Both the position numbers and the translations under genes were made by a program. 64,000 bases of DNA. It comes from Antedon mediterranea (Eukaryota; Animalia; Echinodermata). The stretch is taken from assembly GCF_964355755.1 (NCBI RefSeq), contig NC_092670.1, positions 20,570,795-20,634,794 on the forward strand, given 5' to 3'. Shown piece by piece: positions 28,090-41,100 of this stretch. Numbering within the stretch: the stretch's first letter is position 1; each line of letters starts with the position of its first letter. The notes under the pieces are model-generated. The model was not told the DNA's origin, ran no database searches, and saw only the letters and a program-made list of their open reading frames with translations.

Positions 28090-31000
28090 CCTCTATGTTG
28101 TATTTTATTCCAAATAGGTCAGTTAAGTTTGTGAACTTACAAGAAGTTCGAATAAATTATTGATTTAAATCTCATGGGCAAACAGTGTGGTTAATACATG
28201 ATTTGATGACGCCGAATGGGTAACTGAGACCTAAGGTAAAGTACATGATGACAATTATTACTTACGATACTAAAACTGCCAAAATGTTTACATTTTTTGG
28301 GATATGACTTCATATTCCAAATATATTTCTATTTATTACCTCATGTTTCTTATCCAGGTCTTTTATAATAATGTTAAATAAGCATTTGGCGACTTTGTAA
28401 TTATATTTGTCACGTTTATGTTAACAGCCTAAACTGTTAACATATAATAATAGGCCTATGCAGTACAATTTATAATTTCATCTTTTCTATGGAATGGTTC
28501 TGCAAAGTTAATGGAACTTTGAATATTTTGTCATTGCTTGGGAGGCCTAAACACTGTGTTTAGCAAAATGGCGATATGCAGGGCCTAACTTTTTGTGTCT
28601 TCATTAAATCATCCATTTACAAACAGTCTCTAACGACCTTTAGTTTACCCCCGTTGGGAAGTTAGCTAATGTAATGGGTGCCTGTTTTAATTATATCAGA
28701 GAAAACATTAAATGGTAGCGACGACGCATAACTGCTCGCCATCTATCATTATTTAGGAAGTCTATTGAGGACTATCCTAGTTTGGAAGACAATAAATACA
28801 ACAATATTATCATTTTGCTTGGAGAAAACTGAGTAAATAAGCAACGAACACACTTGAAGGTTTCATGTAGAAATATGACATTTGCATTTAGCTAAACGCA
28901 ACCAAACTCGTTCTATTTCTCTTCTAAAAATCCGTGTCAAGACAGTGTAGTGATTCTTTTAAATTCAATAAGGAAGCCGAATTAGATGACAAACTTGGTG
29001 ATCTGTATTGGTGTTCATGGAACTATGTGTTTTTAACATTTATTTCTGAATTTATTGTATTGTAATTACTGTGTTTTCAACATGTATGTTTTCACGCGAT
29101 ACTATGAATGATGGATTTGAGTGTGTGAATACCTCCATTCATGAGACTATGGTTATAGTGTATTATATAGTAGCACGGTAATTCAAGGGTTATGTTAATT
29201 TCTTTCCACTTAGAATTTGCTTAAATATGTACAATAAACTTTTCAAACTGGACGCTACTTGATGTGGGTTGTCCCACAAGGTCCGGTTTTCTGGAAAGTT
29301 CAATTTCAATTTGCATGAATCTATCACATTTATGCGGTTTGTTTTCCTTTATTAAAAATGTCTCAATTCGTTGATTGTTTACGCTACCCCACGAATCAAA
29401 ATACATTTGAATTAAATTTCAACCAAAGCTACCCTCATGCTGGGCTTCTGTCGTCACCTTGTTAACATTATGGATGTGATATATCAAGTTTGTTTTTGTA
29501 CGGATAGCCTTTCATACAATGTAGCGAATATCCGAATTGGAAAACATAACACACCGAAAACACATTATATCGGGTACGGTATATACCATGTTGACCGAAA
29601 ACACATAGTGTTAGGCCTATTATTTAGAACTTTCGACCAACCGACGATAAAAAATAACTGATGTAGAAACATAGGCCTACTATTAATTATAGTTTTAGAA
29701 TAGTTCCAATGTATCAACATGATAAGAAAATAATGTTGAATCAGTTTTTGATCCTCAGCCAATGTAAAACAAATCTGAATAAAAATATACAAACAACCCT
29801 ACTTGAATTGGAGTTCATTGTGGCTGTAATCATCTCTATGATGTGGAGTGAGATGTATTGCAAGAGAAAATTGGAAAAACCACCAGACCTGAACATCTGG
29901 GTGAGGGGTTTTTGAAAGGATGAGTTTGTTATAATATTATAGTATACAACATTTTATACTGTTTCTGAAATGTTAATCTGTCACGGACAAATTATCGTCT
30001 GCAGGTTCTGATAAGACTCTAAATTGCTACAATCTTGGTGACTTTTCAACAAGTTTATTTCCTAAGTAAATGTTGAGATAGTACAACCAACCAGGATGTT
30101 CGAAATGCGCTATTACTAGGCTTAATAATTTATGGTATAGGCCTAATTTAGTAATCACATTTTTATTTGTGTAATATATTCTTGTAATTACGTTTAAAAA
30201 GGATAAAATCGTATTTTAATTTTTAGTTTTTAGACTCCGCTTACTAATATGTCGTTCGGTCGGTAAACACTAACTTAAATTTGCGCATGCGACTGCAGCT
30301 ATGTATATGGCCTTGTTTACTTACCACTTTATTAATTATTTAATATTATTACATTTTTGTGTTTATCAGAAAGTGATTACAATTTGGAAAAAGTCTATAA
30401 TATAAAGTAAGGAGACTGCAGAACAGAAATATCACTTACATTTCGGAAAATACAATGCAAAAAATAAAATAAGAAGATTGGAGAAGAAACTTTCCCAACT
30501 TTACTACCAAACTACCACATTCTTAAGTTCGGCCACGATGATGTGAAAACAATAGTATTTTGATACAGATAAACCAATTTAAATGTATATTATTTTTGTA
30601 AAGTACATGTTTTGATTCATAATTTGTTTTTTTGGGTTTTTTTTGCAATATAATGTAGGCCTAATCATAAAGTGCAATTCAATTTTAATAAATAAATATT
30701 ATACCAACTACATATTTCAAATTTTAAAAAGTTTGATTATATTTTATGTCTTGAGTACATAGTTATTGACCTATTTTCTGAATGAACAGACCTTCTTTCA
30801 GACTAATTTGATTTGTGTTTTATTTTACCGCCATTGCCGTTTATTATTTTGTTGGTAAGTTTAGTAGTTCTATGAAACTCTGTCGAAATAATAAAAGGAA
30901 TGAAATAAACTTAGTTAAATACAATACATGCTTATCGCTTACTTGGTGGTAAATTATCTTAATTAATTAATCAATCACCGCAATCATAGGAAAACTTAAA

Positions 31001-32137
31001 TTAGCAGATATAGTTCAGCAAGAGGTCAAATGCTTAGTTTAAATGCGAGATGTAAACCCGTAGGTCAACTTTAATTATTTTTCTAATTGGGGAAATCTTT
31101 ATTCTGAAACTTCAAGAAGACATCCAGCATTAAAGGCGGCGCATGATAATAAAATATATTAGAACAGTGATAGCAGTTTATTTTTTTTTACTACTGCCAA
31201 TAGTTTATTATATCTTGGAACCGATATAGTTCCATAATGATTGTATAATGTAACCCGAGATGATACGTCACATACGTAATAATATTGATTCGGTTCACTT
31301 CTGTGACGTCAGTTTACTTTGTGTCCCTTGTTGTTTCATATTTTTGTAAACAAGATTACATTGGCAATACAAGTTACACTAATGTTTGCAATTTTAAATA
31401 CAGTGTATTAAACTATCGTTAGACTATCTGGAATAACATTCTTTGTTTGCAGCTTGAGGGACTTTCCCAGTGCCTGGCATTCTTTTATAAGTTTTTCCAA
31501 ATAATCATAATCAATTACAGATAAATATCGGCGACCAAGACAAAATAGTGAGAATAAAGAAAAAATAATGAGAAGAGAAGAAACAGCTGTTTTACGTTGC
31601 AGCTAAAAATACAAACCTTTGAGATAAGAGGTTATTTTTTCCTCAGGCCTACACCTGCATGTAGTCATACGGCACAAACTTCAGTTTATAGATACTGTAT
31701 TATGTATTTTGATTGGACAAATAAAGTATATCCAATAATAAATTACTTTAGGGCCTGGATGAGACACTGAGATAAGTAATAAATATCTCTAATACTAAAT
31801 AGTAAAAGTCTTCCAAAAAAATATTTGTTCATACAATTATATTTTTATTTTATTTCCATAGGAAAATATGCTGGTATTTCTATTCAAGCTATTTTCTAAC
31901 CAAACATTCATAATATCCAAATCTTGATTGCTTATATAATTATTTCATTTACAGAAAATTAATATGCTTGTAATGTTAAACATAAAACAATCAGTTACAT
32001 GGTTTCAAGGCATATACTATGAATTATATTTATTTATTCAATTGTTTCTTTAAAATTGCCAAGTTTAGGTTGTAACATCATAATTATTCTCTTTAAAAAA
32101 AATCAGATACAGAAAAAAATCTTCATTTTCCAACTGC

Positions 32138-34710
32138 TTATGAATCAGTAAAATCCGGTTTTCTTTTCTCCACAAAAGCACTCATGCCTTCTTTACGATC
32201 ATTCTATAAAACAAAATCAAGAAATGACGTCAAATTTACTGGCAACTAAACTATTTATTATAGAGGGCGACATGGATGTTAATGTTCAGAGAATGTTGTT
32301 ATTTGCTTGTTACATCTTTAATATTTTTCCTCATAAAAATAAATTCAAAGTCTGTGTGACTATCAACCAAGCTACATAGTTATGTTTAGTTTGGAAAATT
32401 ATAGGTTTTTCAATCAAATTAAATTGTTGTGTCATTAAAAATTGTTACATACAGTTGCAAAAGTTGTGTGAAACGTCCTCTTCTCATAGTGAAGTCCTTC
32501 CCTCAGCATAGTCTCAAATGATGTATTGACAGATTCCTTTGCCATGGCTACTATCAACTTTGAGTTGCTTGAAATCTTCTCTGCCGTTTTGACTGCTTCA
32601 GCCAGGACTTGTTCTTTTGGGAATACTTTACTTACTAGACCTAAAGAGCAAAAAAATATATTTCTTATCAGAGCAAGATATAGTACTGTATTTATGTAGA
32701 TTTGTGATAAATCAAACAAATGAAAACTTCATACCAGATCGTTGGGCCTCGTCTGCTAAGATACGATCTCCTGTCAACGCCATCTCCATAGCTTTAGACT
32801 TGCCAATAGCCTTTGGCAGTCTCTGGGTACCTCCAGCCCCTGGTAAAAATAATTCAATTTATTAAAGTGGCTTACCTGGGAAAGTGACTGACCTGGGAAT
32901 GTGGCTTACCTAGGAATGTGGTTGATCTGGGAATGTGGCCGACCTGTGTATGTGGCTGATCTGGGAAAGTGGCTGACCTGGGAATGTAGCTTACCTGGGA
33001 TTGTTCCGATGAGAATTTCTGGTTGACCAAATTGGGCATTGTCACCTGCATAGATGATGTCACACATCATTGCAACTTCACATCCTCCACCAAGCTAAAA
33101 AAAAACACCAACAAATAAAATCAATTAGCATTTATGTTTATTACAGGCCCGTAGCCAGGGGGGGTTTTTATGGTTCGGGTGAACCCCCCCTTTACAGCGA
33201 ACCCCCTTAACCGACTGCGAACCCCCATCCCCGACATGCCCAATACCTCACCCTCATCTCCAAAAATCCTCCAAATACGTGCCCCACAGTACAAAAAGTT
33301 GTTTGTAAATTGAAAAATTCGTAAACTTGTTCGTGAACCTTCTTCTCTGTATGAGCGTCAACTAGCGATACGTGTCTGTAAATTTCTAAAAGCTGCAAAT
33401 GAATTGCCGATTTTAACCTGAAAAATAAATGTTTGGTCCCTGCATGTAACATGATATTGACGCGTCTCATAGCGAACTGGGGCACGAACGATTCGTACAA
33501 AGGACACCGCCAGACAACTGCGTACCTATAATTGTGTAGATCACTGGCAGTGAGGCAGCATGCATAAAGTATATAGCCTTCCGACGTACATCAGTATTTA
33601 TGTGTGACTATGAAGTATAATGTATCATAAAGGATTATAGTGAATATTAATATTTTACACTATAATATCTATGGTATCAAGTACTGTAGTTCACTGTAGT
33701 TGACCCAAATATTTAGTGTCCGAACCCTCCCTTGACAGATCCTGGCTACGGCCCTGTATTACTATTGTATTATAAAATAAATGTATTCTAAACTTTATTT
33801 TAAAACATAAATTACGATAGTTTCCTTTTTGGAAACTTACAGCGAAACCGTTGACAACGGCAATGATGGGTTTGATGTTTCTACTGACTCTGTCCCAATG
33901 ACTTAAAAAGTTGCTGCCATACACTTGAGAAAATTCATTGTTCTGCATCTCTTTGATGTCAGCACCAGCTATGGTAAAAAAAGAAGAGGTTAAAATCTAA
34001 TGATGTATAATGTTCGATTTCAAATATAAATATACATATTAATTAAACATATTTACCGGCAAAAGCCTTTTCACTCCCGGTAAGGATAAGGCAACCTACT
34101 CCTTTGTCCTTCTCGAAGTTGTCTAGTACTCCGGCCAGTTCTCTCATCAAACCATCGCATAGAGCGTTCAAAGCCTTCGGCCGGTTCAATGTGATGAGCC
34201 CAACACAATCATTTTTACCGGTCTTTTCGACTTTCAGGTATTCAAATGTATCTAAATAAAATAAATATATTTGTCTTATTTAGTAATAATTATTATAATA
34301 ATATAATTGGTACTGTACTTCATTTTTGTTCAATAAAATTGCTTGGTGATAAAGGCTGTATGTATTGTAAGTAGGGCTTCTGCTGGAAGACTGCTGAGTC
34401 CCACCAGACTGACTGTTTGGCACTGGATATCACAAAGAAGAGGAGGTGGTCATGATATTGAGTGGTGCTGGTGGTGTAGCTAGCCTTGCATGCTAGGCCT
34501 AGGGCCTAGATAATTTGTCTTCTATGCTGCTAGAAGACAAATTATCTCAAGCTTAAATGCATGATGCAGGCAATCAAAACACTTAAAAATGTGCTTACCT
34601 GAAGCATAGTTTCTATGCAAGTTAAAATGAGATGTTGGGAGAGCTACTTTTGCTTTTGAAAGGGGGTTTGTGATGAAGCAACGAATCAGACCTGTGCGAA
34701 GAGCTGCCAT
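32138..34710 (-). CDS. ECHS1: Mitochondrial short-chain enoyl-CoA hydratase, 7 exons, 297 aa
   Basis: Exons 34710-34599, 34251-34057, 33968-33841, 33094-32995, 32839-32735, 32640-32453, 32203-32138 (894 nt, all GT-AG); motifs [68 protein letters not shown]; basic N-terminal presequence. Confidence 0.97.
32865..33000 (-). repeat. 17-bp tandem repeat built from the ECHS1 exon-4 splice donor
   Basis: Minus-strand unit ttcccaggt(a/c)agccaca, about 8 copies. Confidence 0.9.
33144..33756. mobile_element. MITE in ECHS1 intron 3, CAGG ends, 5-bp TSD
   Basis: TATTA|caggcccgtagccagg...cctggctacggccctg|TATTA. Confidence 0.85.
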
Positions 34711-35107
34711 GCTTACGATGATCCAACCGAAGTTTCTTTAGTGTAGTAAATTAAAATACCCTGACCGACCTTTCGGATGGACGATTCCAAAACATAATAA
34801 GGTAAATAACGCACTATTATTACTATAAATTATATTTCTGAATTCATTGTCATCCATCATTAGCAGGAAAATACACATTTTCTAATAAAAATATGATCAA
34901 ATTTTAATAAATAAGGCCTAGTTTAATCTCTATTATATGGATGATGTGGTACTTTAATAGGAAATTAAACCCCATATTTATTGGTTTAGTACAAAATCGG
35001 AGATCAAAGGTCACATTTTCATCATCGGAACCTGAGAAACCACCATCGGTCGGTCGGCGGAAAGTCCCGAATTCTATCTTCATTTTTTGTGCCTAGAAAC
35101 TCTGAAA
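34711..35107. promoter_or_regulatory. Shared bidirectional promoter region of ECHS1 and WDR45B
   Basis: Divergent ATGs 397 bp apart; ETS-like cggaa motifs; DR1-like AGATCA-A-AGGTCA at 35001-35013. Confidence 0.7.
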
Positions 35108-38100
35108 ATGAATTTAATGCCTCAAAATCCACATGGTAACAATCTGTTGTACGCAGGTTTCAATCAAGATCATGGTTAGTTGTTTTATATTAGTTTTAAA
35201 CGGTATATATTTGTGCGTTGTAAGCTAGGCCTAGGCTAGCCTATATAGGTAGGTACGAGTCAAAAAAATTCAAAGTCAATATTTTAAAATAAAATTGAAG
35301 TCAAAAAATCAGAAAAAACACATCATTTTCAAAAATGTAAATTTTATTAAAATTGACCAACTACTTGATTTTATATTAATTTTTTAAGTCTTAATTTTAA
35401 TCGGAATTTTGGTATAGGAATTGCTAATAAAATTGTGACCTTTTTATAATCGATTTTTTATATTTTGTATAAAACATGTACATCTTTTTACTTCATAGAT
35501 TTTTTTTTTTATTTACAGAATGAAGCTTACAAAATTTACATTATGCTAGTAACATCCCCTCCCTACCACCCCCCCCCCCCCAATATTTATTTACATTACC
35601 CCCCCCCCCCCCCCCATCATGAGGAAAGAAAAGCCGGGTATGGGGTTTTATATTAATGTTCCATTTGATGTTGAATCACATTCAGTATATATAAATGTAA
35701 AGGATGTGTCCATTCTTCAAATCTACTACGTCATCAGGAAGTTCAGAATAGCCACTCAAAATCTGCCTATGTTTTCCTGGTTTTATTTCAACATTTCTTT
35801 TCTTTTTTTGCCTCATATTCAAACTACAGAAAATATTAAAAAATAAAAAACTGTTAATGTACTATAATATTATATTAATATGGTAGTGAAAAGGCAACAG
35901 TAAATATAAATATATACTTAAAAAATACTACCACCACTGTGATAAAATGTAAATCTATCATTGAAATTAAAATGGAATATTGTTACTCACCAATTATATA
36001 CAATTAAAGTTTGTAAAAATACCTGAAAAAATAAAACAAAACGCATTAGAAATGGCTTGATCATGTGATCTGCAAATGCATGAATGGGCCAATCAGCAGC
36101 CAATTAAATGACGTCATGCGATATTCATTCTAAACTGTTTGAGCGTCGGATTTTCAGATATTAGAAATCCACTTAAATCACCTATAATATGTTTATTATT
36201 TGTAATTAAAACTACACAAAATTATCTAATAATATTTAAGTAATCTTATATTTTGAATATTCGGACACATATCGTTAATTTACACTAAAAATATTGCCGT
36301 TACATTACTGTTACGAAAGCCGGTTTCGACTATCCCAATAAGCCTACCGCCGTCAGAGAGCACCCTCAGTGCTACAAGGTGGATCACGGCGATCGATCAC
36401 ATTCTACCGTTAATTATCTAATTGCTTTCATATTTGGCAGAAATATACCTAAATACATGAACTACTGTTTACCGTCATAATAATTGAATTTATTACTTAC
36501 GCAATGCTAAAAAAAACGACTTTTATTCGACTCAAATGTTCAAAACGCTGCCAAAAAATTTGACGATCACTGTTTGAAAAAAAAAAGTTTCCTGACCCAA
36601 GATTGAACTTTAAATGACCTGTCTGACATCAAATCCCTTAAATTAGCCAATGAAAACTGATTTAAAAACGTAAATTCCCAAAGGGCTTGTTGCGCCCACA
36701 CGATATTTTGGGATCAAAAAAACAGAACCGAATTTAAGTGAGTGACGTCACAGATTGACTCGTACCTAGTAGGTACGAGTCAAAAAAATTCAAAGTCAAT
36801 ATTTTAAAATAAAATTGAAGTCAAAAAATCAGAAAAAACACATCATTTTCAAAAATGTAAATTTTATTAAAATTGACCAACTACTTGATTTTATATTAAT
36901 TTTTTAAGTCTTAATTTTAATCGGAATTTTGGTATAGGAATTGCTAATAAAATTGTGACCTTTTTATAATCGATTTTTTATATTTTGTATAAAACATGTA
37001 CATCTTTTTACTTCATAGATTTTTTTTTTTATTTACAGAATGAAGCTTACAAAATTTACATTATGCTAGTAACATCCCCTCCCTACCACCCCCCCCCCCC
37101 CAATATTTATTTACATTACCCCCCCCCCCCCCCCCCCCCCCCATCATGAGGAAAGAAAAGCCGGGTATGGGGTTTTATATTAATGTTCCATTTGATGTTG
37201 AATCACATTCAGTATATATAAATGTAAAGGATGTGTCCATTCTTCAAATCTACTACGTCATCAGGAAGTTCAGAATAGCCACTCAAAATCTGCCTATGTT
37301 TTCCTGGTTTTATTTCAACATTTCTTTTCTTTTTTTGCCTCATATTCAAACTACAGAAAATATTAAAAAATAAAAAACTGTTAATGTACTATAATATTAT
37401 ATTAATATGGTAGTGAAAAGGCAACAGTAAATATAAATATATACTTAAAAAATACTACCACCACTGTGATAAAATGTAAATCTATCATTGAAATTAAAAT
37501 GGAATATTGTTACTCACCAATTATATACAATTAAAGTTTGTAAAAATACCTGAAAAAATAAAACAAAACGCATTAGAAATGGCTTGATCATGTGATCTGC
37601 AAATGCATGAATGGGCCAATCAGCAGCCAATTAAATGACGTCATGCGATATTCATTCTAAACTGTTTGAGCGTCGGATTTTCAGATATTAGAAATCCACT
37701 TAAATCACCTATAATATGTTTATTATTTGTAATTAAAACTACACAAAATTATCTAATAATATTTAAGTAATCTTATATTTTGAATATTCGGACACATATC
37801 GTTAATTTACACTAAAAATATTGCCGTTACATTACTGTTACGAAAGCCGGTTTCGACTATCCCAATAAGCCTACCGCCGTCAGAGAGCACCCTCAGTGCT
37901 ACAAGGTGGATCACGGCGATCGATCACATTCTACCGTTAATTATCTAATTGCTTTCATATTTGGCAGAAATATACCTAAATACATGAACTACTGTTTACC
38001 GTCATAATAATTGAATTTATTACTTACGCAATGCTAAAAAAAACGACTTTTATTCGACTCAAATGTTCAAAACGCTGCCAAAAAATTTGACGATCACTGT

Positions 38101-41100
38101 TTGAAAAAAAAAAGTTTCCTGACCCAAGATTGAACTTTAAATGACCTGTCTGACATCAAATCCCTTAAATTAGCCAATGAAAACTGATTTAAAAACGTAA
38201 ATTCCCAAAGGGCTTGTTGCGCCCACACGATATTTTGGGATCAAAAAAACAGAACCGAATTTAAGTGAGTGACGTCACAGATTGACTCGTACCTAATATA
38301 GGCTATATAGTATACCTAGCATTGCTGTCCGCAATGTTGAGTTAATTTGAGAGTGTGGACAGGGTCCGGGAAGAAGATCCTGTGCCAAATGTTTACTTCA
38401 TTAATTACTGGACCAGGGCCTAGCCTAGGATTTGTTCATGATTTTAAAAGTTGATATTAAATACGTAAATTATAAGTTGAATGGTATACTAACTTAGTAA
38501 CTAGGCCTAGGCGTATGTAGGCCTATAATTATTCTGTTGGTAATAATAATAAATGCACAACTATTTAATAAAATTTTGGGTGATGGACATACTTTTACAG
38601 TTTACACCTAGGCCTAACCCAATTTAAAAACATGTATCCAATGCGTGATGGTGAGTGACCTTGAAAATCTGTGCATGCCCATCCATCGATCCATGAATGT
38701 TTACATTACATTAGGTACGAAATGCGAAGTAAAGCAGGGCTAAAGGGTCTTTCACACCTGTTCTGGCATGGTTCTGGTCTGGCGAATCGAACATCAATGT
38801 TTTGTTATGCTTCCTGCGGCTATGCAACAATCGATATGACCATATCAGTGTGAAAACGAAAAATTGACGTTCAATTGGATTTTCCGGTGCCGGACTAGAA
38901 CCGTGTCGGAACAGGCGTTAAAGACCCTTAATTCTTGTTCTCAATTAAGATGATCTGTGAGTAAACCAACAGGTCAAACAAGTCGGTGTTAAATTCTGTG
39001 TATGAATACACAGTAGGATGGATGTAGACGTCATGTCATTTACAGTTCCTTTAGCCCCCACCCAATACTATATCTCTAGACATAACGTAATTATAATGTA
39101 CATTCCCAGGTTGCTTTGCATGTGGTATGACAAATGGTTTCCGAGTTTATAATTGTGATCCATTGAAAGAAAAGGAGAAACAAGGTAAGATATTTTTACC
39201 AGTAGTACGGTAGTCTGCATTATAATCCATATACAAATGACACTGTGTTGAAAGTAAAGAAAAATAGTAACAGTCTGTTTAAATCCTTAATAGTTTAACC
39301 ATGTGTTATAGCATTTCATAATAAACATAGTTCCTCTATTATTAATCTTATACAAACTTATAATAACCTTGTAAAATTTATATTTTCTTTTCTGAAATAA
39401 TGCATAAATTTATAAAACATGAAAACCTGAGATTACTATAGATCTTAAAATTGTTATAACTTTATAATTTAAATATATTTTTATATTCTAGAATAAGATT
39501 ACCAATTTCAGGATCTATTCTAATCTCTTTGTGCTGCCTGGGAAGTGGCACTATCTTGACCTACTACTATCCTTTCATCTTTAGCATTAATCACTACAAA
39601 AAACAACTTCCCTATGTTTATTTTAGTATTGTTCATTTTACCATTTCTAAATTTTCTTTAAATATTGCCTGATTTGCTTTTTCTGTAAGATTTTTTATAG
39701 ATCTGTTACCGATGCTAGACAGTTGTTATTTTCTGTTTTGTGTTGACGATATTTTAATTGAACCACGGAGGAAATATTCCTCCATGATTAAACCAATTTC
39801 CAAAATAATGCTGGGATTCATATTTTGTTAGAGTTTATTGATGGTGGTATTGGTACTGTTGAGATGTTGTTTAGGTGCAATTATCTTGCATTGGTTGGTG
39901 GAGGAAAGAATCCTAATTACCCACCAAATAAAGGTAAGAATAAATAACAGAGATGGCTATTAAATTAAATAACTTACCTTTGATGTAGTGGAGTACATTT
40001 TATGTTAATACATTGTATTACCATACCTAATTTCTTATAAATTATAGAGGAAAGAAAAGGCCAAAAAGGAAGTTCAAAATTGAGGTTACCTTTACACAAG
40101 AAAAATTAAAATATTTATTGTACAACATTAAATATGATCAAATTGGTTATTATATTTATATTAAAAATATTTTTATCTGTTTAGTTATGGTCTGGGATGA
40201 TTTAAAGAAAAAACCTGTCATTGAATTAGACTTTTCAACAGAAGTACGAGCAGTCCGGTTAAGAAGAGATAGGTGTGTATTAAATTATTTTATATGCACC
40301 AGGCCTATTTTATTGTCATCAAATATTAATAGATTTACCATATTAACATTTGAATTTTTTTTTACCTCCCTTTTATTTAATTTTTTACACATTTTTTTTC
40401 TCCAGAATCGTTGTTGTCTTGGATACAATAATCAAAGTATACACATTTACCCAAAATCCTCAGCAACTTCATGTCTTTGAGACATGTCACAATCCAAAAG
40501 GTATATAATTATGTATATTTAATTTTTTTCTTATATTTTCAATGTAACTAAGCTTTTACTTTTAATTTAATTCTACCAAACAGTAAGCTCATTGATATTA
40601 AACTGGTTTTTGTCTTTTATTACAGGTCTTTGCGTTCTTTGTCCAAGTAGCAATAACTCGTTATTAGCGTTTCCTGGTCGAAAGGCTGGTCACGTGCAAG
40701 TTGTAGATTTAGCCAACACTGATAAACCCCCAACGGATATGGCCGCCCATGAGGGGCCACTCTCGTGCATATCACTCAACCTGCAGGGCAGTAGGCTAGC
40801 CACTGCCTCAGAAAAGGTAAGACACCATGCAGTATGCATCAGAATGATACTGAAGTTGCTGTAGTATATGTGTGCTGCAGTAATATTTCTGCAGTATGTA
40901 TGCATCAGAATGATGCTGAAGTTGCTGTATTAATGCATCTGTGCAGTAATAGTTCTGCAGTATGTGCCTCAGAATCGTACTGTATGTGTGCTGCAGTAGT
41001 TTTGCAGCATGCCTCAGAATGATACTAAAGTTGCTGTAGTAATTCATCTGTGTGCTGCAGTAGTACTGCAGCATGCCTCAGAATGGTACTGAAGTTGCTG

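Noticed and set aside
35619-37373. Duplicated 75-aa [13 protein letters not shown]...
   Set aside because: Lies inside the duplicated non-autonomous element; no recognisable domain
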